Positions 36,094 to 45,058 are shown, numbered from the stretch's first letter. The stretch: 64,000 nt of DNA from Verrucomicrobiota bacterium (GCA_016235555.1 JACRKC010000004.1:83978-147977), one strand, 5' to 3'. The notes: generated by a model from the letters alone, not told the origin. Program-made: numbers and translations.

Positions 36094-38259
36094 ATGCCCA
36101 AGAAGAAGTCCTCGAAACCCTCCGACCAAGCCGAGTTGTCATTCGACAGCGCGCCGGCCTCCGAGCCCAAGGCCGCCCGATCCCCGGAGCCCGCCGCCGC
36201 CCCCAAGCCTGTTCCCGCCCCCCCGGCCAAGCCGGAGGATCCCGCGACCGCCCCTCCGCCGCCTCCGCCGCGCAAGAAGGGCGAAAAAATCCAGGACGAC
36301 CAGGCGCCGCTCGCGCAACACTACCGCAACTGGTTCCTCGACTACGCCAGCTATGTGATCCTCGACCGCGCCGTCCCGCACCTCGACGACGGTCTGAAGC
36401 CCGTGCAGCGCCGCGTGCTCCACACGCTGTGGGACATGGACGACGGCCGCTTCCACAAGGTCGCCAACGTCGTCGGCGCCACGATGAAGCTCCACCCGCA
36501 CGGCGACGCCTCGATCGGCGCCGCGCTCGTGGGCATCGCGCAGCGCGGCTGGCTGATCGAGCCGCAGGGCAACTTCGGCAACGTCCTCACCGGCGACGAT
36601 CCCGCCGCGCCCCGCTACATCGAGGCCCGCCTCACGCCGTTCGCCCGCGACGTGCTCTTCAACCCGAAGACCACCACGTGGCAGCTCAGCTACGACGGCC
36701 GCAACAAGGAGCCGATCACGCTCCCCGCGAAGTTCCCCATCGTCCTCCTCGAGGGCGCCGATGGCATCGCCGTCGGCCTCGCGACCAAGATTCTCCCGCA
36801 CAATTTCAACGATCTCTGCCGCGCCGCCATCAATCACCTGCAGGGAAAAACCTTCCGCATCCTCCCCGATTTCCCCACGGGCGGCACCGCCGATTTCTCC
36901 GAATACAACGACGGCGAGCGCGGTGGCAAGGTGAAGGTCCGCGCCACGATCGAGATCCGCTCCAAGTATCTCCTCGCGATCACCGAGCTGCCGTTCGGCG
37001 CCACCACCGAATCGCTCATCGAGTCGATCCTCGCCGCCAACGCCAAGGGCAAGATCAAGGTCCGCCACGTCGACGACAACACCGCCGACAAGGTCGAGAT
37101 CCTCGTCCACCTCCCGCAGGGCGCCGAGGCCGAGAAGGTCGTCCAGCAGCTCTACGTTTTCACCAACTGCCAGATGCAGCTCTCGCCCGCCGCGTGCGTG
37201 ATCGTGCGCGACGAGCAGACCGGCGAGGACAAGCCGCAGTTCCTCGGCGTGCGCGAGATCCTCAAGCGCTCCGTCGAGGCCACCAAGGCGCTCCTCAAGC
37301 GCGAACTCGAGATCAAGCTCGGCGAACTCGAGCAGCAGTGGCACTGGGATTCGCTCGAACGCATTTTCATCGAGGAGCGCATCTACCGGAACATCGAGAA
37401 ATCGAAGACGTGGGAGTCCGTCCTCTCCGAGATCCGCACCGGTCTCAAACCGTTCCTGAAACAGCTCCGCCGCGAGGTGACGGACGACGACATCACGCGC
37501 CTCACCGAAATCCGCATCAAGCGCATCTCCGCCTACAACCGCTTCCAGGCCGACGAGGCCATGAAGAAAATCGAGGAGGGCATCAAGGAGACCAAGGCCA
37601 ATCTCCGGAACCTCACCGGCCACGCCGTCGCCTGGTTCGAGATGCTGCAGGAAAAATACGGCAAGGGCCTCAAGCGGAAGACCAGCTACGACGAACTCGA
37701 GGAGATCAAGGCCTCCGAGGTCGTGACCGCCAACCAGCGCCTCTACGTCAACCGCGAGGATGGCTTCATCGGCCTCAACTGGCGCCAGCACGAATTCGTG
37801 CAGGAGTGCACGATCCTCGACAGCGTGCTCTGCCTCATGGGCGACGCGACGCTCAAGGTGTCGAAGGTCGGCGAAAAAGTTTTCATGGGTCGCGAAATCC
37901 GGCACATCGCGATCTGGCCGAAGGACGGCGACACGCGGTTCTACACGATGGTCTATCAGGACGGTGAGTCCGGGAAGGCCTTCGCGAAGAAATTCCAGAT
38001 CGGCGGCCTCTCGCGCGACAAACTCTACCCGCTGGCCAAGGGCGAAGGCTCGAAACTCGTCTGGCTGCACGTCGCGGAAAAAGAGAAGGACATGCCGAAG
38101 AGCATCCACGTCTCGATCGACGGCCGCAGCGGCGCCCGCGTGCGCGAACTCGACTTCGACCTCAGCGGCCTCTCCGTGAGCACGCGCACCTCCAAGGGCC
38201 TCACGGTCACGAAGTGGGCGGTGAAAGAGGTGCGCCCCATCGACCTCGAACTGAAGTAA
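36094..38259 (+). CDS. parC: type IIA topoisomerase subunit A (topoisomerase IV ParC-like, GyrA family)
   Basis: I prefer the start MPKKKSSKPSDQ. YRNWFLDYASYVILDRAVPHLDDGLKPVQRRVLH, KLHPHGDASI and PRYIEARL (active-site Tyr context). A short C-terminal domain and no GyrA-box were seen, so ParC-like rather than GyrA. Confidence 0.75.
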   Translation: MPKKKSSKPSDQAELSFDSAPASEPKAARSPEPAAAPKPVPAPPAKPEDPATAPPPPPPRKKGEKIQDDQAPLAQHYRNWFLDYASYVILDRAVPHLDDGLKPVQRRVLHTLWDMDDGRFHKVANVVGATMKLHPHGDASIGAALVGIAQRGWLIEPQGNFGNVLTGDDPAAPRYIEARLTPFARDVLFNPKTTTWQLSYDGRNKEPITLPAKFPIVLLEGADGIAVGLATKILPHNFNDLCRAAINHLQGKTFRILPDFPTGGTADFSEYNDGERGGKVKVRATIEIRSKYLLAITELPFGATTESLIESILAANAKGKIKVRHVDDNTADKVEILVHLPQGAEAEKVVQQLYVFTNCQMQLSPAACVIVRDEQTGEDKPQFLGVREILKRSVEATKALLKRELEIKLGELEQQWHWDSLERIFIEERIYRNIEKSKTWESVLSEIRTGLKPFLKQLRREVTDDDITRLTEIRIKRISAYNRFQADEAMKKIEEGIKETKANLRNLTGHAVAWFEMLQEKYGKGLKRKTSYDELEEIKASEVVTANQRLYVNREDGFIGLNWRQHEFVQECTILDSVLCLMGDATLKVSKVGEKVFMGREIRHIAIWPKDGDTRFYTMVYQDGESGKAFAKKFQIGGLSRDKLYPLAKGEGSKLVWLHVAEKEKDMPKSIHVSIDGRSGARVRELDFDLSGLSVSTRTSKGLTVTKWAVKEVRPIDLELK

Positions 38260-38746
38260 CCCGCGGCATCAGTGAGGGCCGGGCGGTCGTCGCGGGCGGA
38301 TGGCATGGCTTGAGGTCGACGAGTGGTGCATGGCGTGGGTGCGACTAGGTCGCGACCGATGGATCCTCCCGGAGCAGGGCTCGGAGCATGTGATGCGTCT
38401 TTCTTCCGGCTGGACCGATAAGTCGGCCGCCGGTGGCGGGAATTGCCGGCACGACGATCGCACGCCCGGAACGGGCAACGCGTCGGCAAGACCAGAATGA
38501 AGTGTGCGATTCATGTGTCCGCGGAGGCGGACCGTGGGAGCATAAAAATAGCTTTTGCCGGACACGATGAACTAATCCCGCCGGACTGCGGGTCGCTGGC
38601 AACTCGACCCAGGTCATCGCCTTTTGGCTTTTTTCGCGGAAACTGCGGGCGCCGCGGGAGAGCACCGCGGACGGAAGCGAAGCGCACATTCAAAATGAGA
38701 CGCACGCGGAATTGTCGGAGCCGGCTCGCAGGCGATGCTTTGAAAG

Positions 38747-38802
38747 TGGCACGGGTCTCCTGACCCGTGTTCGGTTTCACGGGTCGGGAGACCCGTGCCA
38801 CG
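38747..38802. repeat. palindromic repeat, GTGGCACGGGTCTCCTGACCCGTG family, core-only copy 3
   Basis: gtggcacgggtctcctgacccgtgttcggtttcacgggtcgggagacccgtgccac. Confidence 0.8.
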
Positions 38803-38991
38803 ACGAACCATCGCCCGCCAGCAGGCTTGTCTCCCGCCTTCCAGAAGATTGCAGGTCGTCCCAAGACTCGTTCGGCGGTCACGGCAGGCGGTGAGCTTGC
38901 TCACGCCGGCGCTCCGCGCGCGTCGCGCGATTGCGCGCGGAACCGGTTCGCCGGCGAAGCCTTTCCGTGCGTCCTCGTGGCGATGGTTGCC

Positions 38992-39333
38992 ATGCCGGCG
39001 GCGGGCGTCTTGCTACACGCCCTGAATACCAATCCGCCGCCCGCCGCTCCGAAGCCCGCCGTCACCGTCTCTGCTGCCGAGGGTGATGCCATCAAGCTGG
39101 AGGGCCGGGTCGTGGCGGTCCTGCCCGGCACGATGTTCCGCGTCCAGTTGGCCAACGGCCACGTCGTCCTCGCCCACATCTCCGGCAAGATGCGCAAGCA
39201 CTACGTCAAGATCGCCGCCGGCGACTCGGTGAAGCTGGAGATGAGCCCCTACGATACGGACAAAGCGCGGATCACCTTCCGCAACAAGGAGGCCAACCCG
39301 CTCCCGCGCCCGGCCTTCCGCCGCCGCTACTGA
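38992..39333 (+). CDS. infA: translation initiation factor IF-1 with N- and C-terminal extensions
   Basis: The core [65 protein letters not shown] aligns to canonical IF-1 (S1-like OB fold). The start is uncertain (ATG 38983 or 38992, or TTG near 39010). There is no in-frame ATG/GTG/TTG closer to the core. Confidence 0.8.
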   Translation: MPAAGVLLHALNTNPPPAAPKPAVTVSAAEGDAIKLEGRVVAVLPGTMFRVQLANGHVVLAHISGKMRKHYVKIAAGDSVKLEMSPYDTDKARITFRNKEANPLPRPAFRRRY

Positions 39334-39490
39334 ACATCGGTCTGCACACCCGCTGGTCGTAGGTGGGGACGCTTTTTACTGGCGACGCGGCGCCCCCGCC
39401 GCGCTCGGCCGGAATACGTGACGAGGAAGCCGCGCCTCCAGCCAGGTCAGGTTGAAGGTCTTGCCCTGACCGCCCGCTTGGCGCGCCGGA

Positions 39491-39715
39491 CTACCCGGCG
39501 ACCGGCACATGCTGCCGGCGCAGGAATTGCTCCAGCGCGTGCAGATCCGCGGCCTCGGTCTCGCCGAGTTCGTAGCGCGGCCCGGCCGCCCGCGTGAGAA
39601 AGGCCGCCAGCCACTCCAGCAGGATTTCGCGACGTGGCAGCCAGACTGCCGGGGCCGCAAGGATGTCCGCCTGCAAGGCACGGGCGTGGATCAGATGTTC
39701 TTTGATGGTGGTCAT
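39491..39715 (-). CDS. hypothetical small protein (74 aa)
   Basis: This is the tail of track ORF 39491..40402, starting MTTIKEHLIHARALQADIL. It lies 41 bp downstream of the membrane-protein gene on the same strand. No family recognised. Confidence 0.4.
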   Translation of the reverse strand: MTTIKEHLIHARALQADILAAPAVWLPRREILLEWLAAFLTRAAGPRYELGETEAADLHALEQFLRRQHVPVAG

Positions 39716-39756
39716 GAAAGTGTCGTGGTTCCGCCGCGTCGTCACCGGGTGCGCCG

Positions 39757-40395
39757 TCAGCGATGCGGTGGTTCCGCCGGCCCCCGCGGCGAGTCGTGGC
39801 GGGTCGGCACCTCCAGCGCGCAGGCGGACACGACTCCGATCGCGAGCGGCGCGCCAAACGCCCCTCCGGCTGCCCCCAGTGCGGCGCCATGGGCTTCGAA
39901 CGCGAGGCCGAGCAGCACCACGGCGACCAATCCGAACCAGAAGAAAGCCGAAAACTGCCGGAACGCGAACGCCCCGAGGGCCGACGACGCGATGGCCAGC
40001 AACGAGACCGACCACGGCACGATGGCCAGCACCAAGCCGGTGACAAATCCCAGCGGTGCCAGCAGCACGCCCCGGCCCCCGCGACGGGTGAGCATCTGGC
40101 ACAGGATGCCCAGCGCGAGCATCGACAAGGCGACGACATACACCATCTGTGGCACCGGCACCCAGCGCGTGAACTCCAGCCCGAGCGCCTCGCGCAACAG
40201 CCACGCGCCAGCAAAACCACGGAGGGGATCGATCCACAACGCCGGCACCCACCACCACGGCCGGTGCCGCGGGCTGTTCTCCAGGCTTTGGAAGCAGTCG
40301 AAACTGCGCAGCTCGACCCGGGACGACAGCAGCCAATCCGCCGGCCACAGCAGCAAAACAACGCTCGGCCCCAGAAGGCTCCAATGGATTGTCAT
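39757..40395 (-). CDS. hypothetical integral membrane protein
   Basis: 212 aa with about 5 hydrophobic helices (VVLLLWPADWLL, VYVVALSMLALGILCQML, LAPLGFVTGLVLAIVPWSVSLLAIA, FFWFGLVAVVLLGLAF). No family recognised. Confidence 0.55.
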   Translation of the reverse strand: MTIHWSLLGPSVVLLLWPADWLLSSRVELRSFDCFQSLENSPRHRPWWWVPALWIDPLRGFAGAWLLREALGLEFTRWVPVPQMVYVVALSMLALGILCQMLTRRGGRGVLLAPLGFVTGLVLAIVPWSVSLLAIASSALGAFAFRQFSAFFWFGLVAVVLLGLAFEAHGAALGAAGGAFGAPLAIGVVSACALEVPTRHDSPRGPAEPPHR

Positions 40396-40688
40396 CGAAC
40401 ACCGACAGCGTCCCCGCCCGCCACCCGGATGTCGATGGCCATCTCGGAAAATCGCAACGCGGCGCGTGTGCGACCCGCGGCTGCCTGGATTACATCAGCG
40501 AGGATGAGCGCAGATCAGCGGTGCCCGATCCGGGTTCCTCCGTGCCGATTCGTGGCTGAAAGAATGGTGCCGCCTCCCGGGCCGACTGCGCCCCTCCATG
40601 GCCGCAATACGATCCCTGAAAATCGTCCTTTTTGTGCGAGGTTTCCCCCGGGCATGCCACGGAACTTTGAACCATACCTCCGCCGGGT

Positions 40689-40824
40689 GTAACTCAAACT
40701 GAGGTTAGTTTTGGAATGCCTCGGCTGTAGCGGCGGTCTATGACCGCCGTCGTTGCGCCAAGGGCAATCGTTCGGCGGTCACAGACCGCCGCTACAAATC
40801 GCTGACCTCGGTTTGAGTCACGCC
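40689..40824. repeat. palindromic repeat, CTCAAACTGAGGT family, full copy
   Basis: taactcaaactgaggttagttttggaatgcctcggctgtagcggcggtctatgaccgcc...ggcggtcacagaccgccgctacaaatcgctgacctcggtttgagtcacg. These are nested inverted repeats. Confidence 0.75.
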
Positions 40825-40845
40825 CACCTTCGCTGGCAGAATTTT

Positions 40846-40921
40846 GACCGCGGATCGCGCGGATTTCACGGATGGCTTTGGGCGCGACCCGTTGATCCGC
40901 GCCATCAGCGAATCCGCGGTC
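40846..40921. repeat. hairpin repeat, ccgcggatYgcgcggat family, copy 2
   Basis: gaccgcggatcgcgcggatttcacgg...gatccgcgccatcagcgaatccgcggtc. Confidence 0.65.
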
Positions 40922-41130
40922 CCCGGTCTCGGGCGAGAGCCTTCGGTTGCGGCGGAGCCATGCCAGGCGAATCCGAACGACAATGCCGGAGGATCGCGCA
41001 GCTCGGACCAAACCCCTCAACAGGAAGGTCGGAAAGGACGGGGAGAATCCAGTTTCAGCTCTTTCCGATCTTCCCGTCCTTCCTGTTCAAATCGTGCGGT
41101 TGCGGCAGTCTGCGTTTCCTTGGTCAACCC

Positions 41131-41736
41131 TCACGCCGGCCGCTGCACGATCAGGTAGAGATGCGACTCGGGCCACTGGTCGAATTCGAGATGCCGGCAC
41201 ACCGCCCCCGCCTCGTCGATCGTGCGCAGCAGCGCCGGGATTCCGGGCGCCGCGTGATACAACGGCACGCCATGGCACGGGCCGGTGCGTTCGTCAGGCC
41301 CGTCGACGCCGCCACTCGTGAAGATGAACACGCCGCCGGGGTTCAACGCCCCGCACAGCTTCGTCAGCACCGCGCGCTGCCGGTCGAGTGGCACGTGCCA
41401 GACACTGTCCCACGCCGAGATGAAATCATACGCGTGCGGCGGCACCCACGTGCAGAGATCGGCGTGATGGAAGGTCACCGACGGATGTTTTTCCCGGGCG
41501 AGCGCGAGCATCCGCGCGGAAAGATCGAGTCCCTCGACCGCGCAGCCCCGACGGAGCAACAGCTCGACGATGCGCCCGCTGGAGCCGCACCCGGCATCGA
41601 GTGCCGTGCGCGGTGGAGAGGGGCAAAACGCCAGCGCCCGCTCATGCTGCGCGATGCCGTTGGACGCGGGGAAACCCGCCCCGGCCCAATGCTGGCCGAT
41701 CCGGTCATAGGCCGCAGCCGTGTCACGCGGTTCCAT
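41131..41736 (-). CDS. class I SAM-dependent methyltransferase
   Basis: 201 aa. SAM-binding motif I ALDAGCGSGRIVELL, followed by the acidic GLDLS and the FISAWDSVWHV blocks. The substrate cannot be determined from sequence. Confidence 0.75.
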   Translation of the reverse strand: MEPRDTAAAYDRIGQHWAGAGFPASNGIAQHERALAFCPSPPRTALDAGCGSSGRIVELLLRRGCAVEGLDLSARMLALAREKHPSVTFHHADLCTWVPPHAYDFISAWDSVWHVPLDRQRAVLTKLCGALNPGGVFIFTSGGVDGPDERTGPCHGVPLYHAAPGIPALLRTIDEAGAVCRHLEFDQWPESHLYLIVQRPA

Positions 41737-41960
41737 CGCGGCACGGTAGCGAGTCGATGAGGTCGGCCAAGCTTAGTGTCGCGTGGGCTCGTGTGAATTC
41801 ACCGAGGAGAACACCAAAATGAGACTTATAGTCCGTGGCTCTCATTTCGTTGGCGCGCTATTCTAAGTGGTCCCCCGATCGGAGCGAATATGAACAATAG
41901 TCGATTCAAGATATCCCCGCGTCCTGTTACACTGTTCAGGACAACTGTCCTTTTGCGGTC

Positions 41961-43241
41961 ATGAAATTTCTCGCCTTCCAGTCGCTTAGTGAAAACCGCC
42001 AAAGCCCACGCCTATGGATCGAGTCGCTGCGCCTTGAGTCTCTTGGCTTCACCATCGGTCGAGGGTTCACTGTCGAACCTCGACCGAACATGGTTCGTCT
42101 CAGGCTGTCCAACCTCGGGGGCAACCACGTTTCGAGTCGAACTTCTGGCAGGCAGAAACGGCCGATCATCGATATTGCCCACCGAGATCTGCTCGGGGCG
42201 CTAAGTGACTTTGTTGAGATAAAAATCGCCGGCTCATTTCGGCAAATCGACGTAACGCCCTCGATGCGGGCATTTCACATTTTACGCGGGCTGAGATCTA
42301 AGCCGCCCTTCAAGACGGTGGAGGTTTTTGCGGGCGGCGGGACGCTGTCCGCCGCAATTAAGGCGAGCCCCGGTTTTGAATTGGTCGCGGGAATCGAGAT
42401 CGAGCCGAAATACGCAGATGTTTGGCAGCGCGCGCACCCCGAGGCCACAATTGTGCAGGCCGACGTCCGGCGCCTTCATCCGACCGACCTCCCGGAGCAC
42501 GAGGTATTGGTCGCATCGATTCCGTGCACTAGTCATTCGATGCTTGGCCGTGCTAAAAAGTCGCTCGCTGGCAAACCTGAGTTGGGCGACACCGGTGATC
42601 TTTACCTAAGCATTTGTGAGTTTGTGGCACATCGGCTGCCGCTTGCCTGTGTCTTTGAGAACGTTCCTTCGTTTGCGAATTCTCTCGCTGGTCGGAGTCT
42701 CGTTCATCACTTGCGAAACATCGGTTACCACGTCGAGGAAGCGCTTCTTGATCCCTTCAACGATTGGAACGAGCCGCAGGATCGAAGGCGTTGGGTGATG
42801 GTGGCGACGCTTAGCCCCGGCTTCACGCTGCGTCCGCCGGGCACCAGGTATGGTGGCACTGCGGCCGACTTTCTTGACGCGCCGAATGAGCAAGATGCCG
42901 TAGATGCTGAACGAATTGCCGGTTCGATTGATGCATTACGCCGGCACAACCGACGGCACGCCGCCCTCGGCCACGGGTTCGGCTTCACTACGATCAATCA
43001 CGATTCGGTCAAGATTCCGACTCTCGTCCGGTCTTACCACAAGATCAACACAGGCCCGTTTGTTGAAACGCCTTCTGGATTGCGATTACTCCGCAAGCAC
43101 GAAGCGGAGCGAATCATGGGAAGTCGTATATCTTGTGACCACTACGCGACGGCGATTGAGATTCTCGGGCAAGGGGTTCAGACACGGGTCTTCAGGGAGA
43201 TTCTTGCTCAGCTTGGACGTTTCTTGAGCGCACGAGACTGA
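41961..43241 (+). CDS. dcm: DNA (cytosine-5)-methyltransferase with a ~120-aa N-terminal extension
   Basis: Motif I VEVFAGGGTLS, motif IV ASIPCTSHS (catalytic Cys), motif VI VFENVPSF, motif VIII QDRRRWVMVA, motifs IX/X LLRKHEAERIMG...ILGQGVQ. The first ~120 aa (MKFLAFQSLSENRQSPRLWIESLRLESLGF...) are outside the MTase fold. The local GC is visibly lower than the surroundings. Confidence 0.85.
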   Translation: MKFLAFQSLSENRQSPRLWIESLRLESLGFTIGRGFTVEPRPNMVRLRLSNLGGNHVSSRTSGRQKRPIIDIAHRDLLGALSDFVEIKIAGSFRQIDVTPSMRAFHILRGLRSKPPFKTVEVFAGGGTLSAAIKASPGFELVAGIEIEPKYADVWQRAHPEATIVQADVRRLHPTDLPEHEVLVASIPCTSHSMLGRAKKSLAGKPELGDTGDLYLSICEFVAHRLPLACVFENVPSFANSLAGRSLVHHLRNIGYHVEEALLDPFNDWNEPQDRRRWVMVATLSPGFTLRPPGTRYGGTAADFLDAPNEQDAVDAERIAGSIDALRRHNRRHAALGHGFGFTTINHDSVKIPTLVRSYHKINTGPFVETPSGLRLLRKHEAERIMGSRISCDHYATAIEILGQGVQTRVFREILAQLGRFLSARD

Positions 43242-43247
43242 GAGAGG

Positions 43248-44042
43248 CTAGGCCGCAACGAATCTTGCGCGGTGCGCTGCTAAGAACCGCGGATCTGGCA
43301 GCAACGCGTCGGATGGGAGGTTTAACGGAGCGCCCGCAAACGCACCGAAAGTATCCGCGATAATTTTCCGAGGTAAGGCGGCTTTAAGTGTCGGTGAAAG
43401 TAGCAGCCGATAATTGTCGTCGAATGCAATGAGCAGGTTGTCGAATGCGGCGTCGTGCAGGCGCGAGAGACAAAGTCCGTTACGAACGTTGAGCCGCTCG
43501 GCTTCGTGTTTTCCCCATGGCAGAATGTGTGAAGCGATAAGCAACTCTCGAATCGCGAGCCCGCACACGCCGCAGCGACCATGAAAGTTGTTGAGCACGG
43601 CGTTGCGGAAGTAGTCCTGCCCGCGGCGGATTTTTACGGTTGCTGTGACTGTTGTCCGACCAACGGGTGGGTGAATTCGCACGCGAATGCCCTCGGCGGG
43701 TATGACCTCGACGTGGCTATCCCCCTGAGCGTTGAAAAGGGACCGCAACGCCTCCTCGCTGGCTGGCACTACTTCGTCTGGATGTTCATGGAATTCAGCC
43801 CAGACGAGTCGGTCGAGTGCGCTGGCGCCTTCGAGTCCCCTGATTCCGCGCAACTTCAACGCCGGATCGAGAGAGGCGAAATTGCAGAGCTTCATGGCGA
43901 GGCTGTTCGCGCCGCGACCGAGTTTCTTTGCCAAATCCAAAATAGCCGGCTGTCGTGCGTGCAACTGACCAAAGGTCAGCTTGTGGTAGAGGTTGAGCGC
44001 GACCAACAGCTCATCTCGGGTCCATTTTTTGCCTATAGCCAT
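43248..44042 (-). CDS. HNH endonuclease (HNH_2-type; candidate restriction nuclease)
   Basis: 264 aa. RRGQDYFRNAVLNNFHGRCGVCGL...LIASHILPW...NGLCLSRLHDAAFDNLLI is the HNH_2 pattern. N-terminal WTRDELLVALNLYHKL...LGRGANSLAMKLCNFASLDP module. It is convergent with and 6 bp from the dcm stop. Confidence 0.8.
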   Translation of the reverse strand: MAIGKKWTRDELLVALNLYHKLTFGQLHARQPAILDLAKKLGRGANSLAMKLCNFASLDPALKLRGIRGLEGASALDRLVWAEFHEHPDEVVPASEEALRSLFNAQGDSHVEVIPAEGIRVRIHPPVGRTTVTATVKIRRGQDYFRNAVLNNFHGRCGVCGLAIRELLIASHILPWGKHEAERLNVRNGLCLSRLHDAAFDNLLIAFDDNYRLLLSPTLKAALPRKIIADTFGAFAGAPLNLPSDALLPDPRFLAAHRARFVAA

Positions 44043-44050
44043 GGCGTTCG

Positions 44051-44588
44051 TTAACCTTTGAATTTTGATTCGCGATGGTAACGTAAAAACGTCCGGTGCG
44101 GTGCAAATCCCGAATCGGATGGGAAAACGACTCTTCCGTCCGGATTGAGGAGGCGCCTGACCGGCTCAGGCACGAGTTTTGGCGCTTGCAGGATTTGGCC
44201 ATCATCCGTGAGCGAGAGAAACCCTCGATCAAAAAGCCAGTGCACGGTGCGCGACAGCGCGATTCCATTCCGCGGCGAATCGGGTCCGTCGTTTTCGACC
44301 GGCTTTATATGCGCGGCTTCAATCTCACACCGGCTCCGCAAACTCCACGTAGTCGGCGATGTTCGCGTAGTAGTGATCCGCATTCGCTGAGTCCGAGTTG
44401 ACGCTGGTTACGCGCGCCATAGCGAAATACACCTGACGCCCCCCGTCACGTCGCGACTCGTAGTAGATTATCCAGTCACCAATCGTCTCCGAAACTCTCC
44501 CCAGATATTGTTTGGGAAAATGATAACGCTCTTCAACGGCATCGTCGTAAATCGGCTCTACTTTCGCTGTGAAGACGGCGTTTGCCAT
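44051..44588 (-). pseudogene. internally deleted, frameshifted HNH endonuclease (PUA-like N-domain + HNH_2 C-domain)
   Basis: Two overlapping ORFs lie in different frames. N-part: MANAVFTAKVEPIYDDAVEERYHFPKQYLGRVSETIGDWIIYYESRRDGGRQVYFAMARV...YVEFAEPV*. C-part: ...CEIEAAHIKPVENDGPDSPRNGIALSRTVHWLFDRGFLSL...FLRYHRESKF. The middle of the protein, normally carrying the R-x-x-FR/Cys part of the HNH_2 family, is missing. Confidence 0.7.
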
Positions 44589-44601
44589 AGGCTCAGCAGA
44601 G

Positions 44602-44787
44602 ATGGGATTGCGAAGGCTGGCAATTCGTCAGTTCGTCGCGGCTGTCCTCGGGTTTCTCGCGGCCGGCGACTCCGTGGAGGACGTGCTGGAGGAATACGCC
44701 GCCTTGAGCCGGGAAGACGCGCAGGCCTGTCTTGACTACGCCTCGCGTTTGATGGCCAACCACTACTCCGTCGTGCCTGCGGCATGA
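44602..44787 (+). CDS. DUF433-like small protein (possible antitoxin-type HTH); N-terminus uncertain
   Basis: The C-terminal pattern AAVLGFLAAGDSVEDVLEEYAALSREDAQACLDYASRL resembles the DUF433 consensus (G.s.eeIl.eYP.Lt.edi.aaL.YA). Track ORF 44569..44787 overlaps the pseudogene start, so the internal Met at 44602 is used. Confidence 0.45.
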   Translation: MGLRRLAIRQFVAAVLGFLAAGDSVEDVLEEYAALSREDAQACLDYASRLMANHYSVVPAA

Positions 44788-44850
44788 AGAGCGATAGGAA
44801 GCGGTGGAAATCCCGGTTGAAACCCCGGCCGGCTTCGCTAGGTTCGCCCC

Positions 44851-45054
44851 ATGAGTGTCGCGGAAATCAAATCGCAGGCGGATGCACTGTCCTTCGCCGA
44901 GCTGTCCGAGTTGTCGCGCCACCTGCGCGCGCTCGCCCTGCGCAAGGATCCGGAGCGGCAGGCGCAATTGAGCGCAGCTCTCGGCCGTGATGTGTGGCTG
45001 AGTCAGGTCGAATTCGAGCGCGCTGTTGCGGAACTCGACCGCAGCGGTCGTTGA
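44851..45054 (+). CDS. putative addiction-module antitoxin-like small protein
   Basis: 67 aa and helical (MSVAEIKSQADALSFAELSELSRHLRALAL...). It is followed 4 bp later by a RelE/ParE-like ORF. The family assignment comes from context and size only. Confidence 0.4.
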   Translation: MSVAEIKSQADALSFAELSELSRHLRALALRKDPERQAQLSAALGRDVWLSQVEFERAVAELDRSGR

Positions 45055-45058
45055 ACGG

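Noticed and set aside
38269-38904. Small ORFs between parC and infA (38269..38565, 38345..38689, 38511..38882, 38614..38904, 38443..38763)
   Set aside because: They overlap one another in several frames, run through a palindromic repeat, and have no motifs or coding-like third-position bias.
40753-41760. 335-aa plus-strand ORF across 40.75-41.76 kb
   Set aside because: Its first third is translated repeat elements. The rest is antisense to the SAM-dependent methyltransferase, which has a clear motif I.
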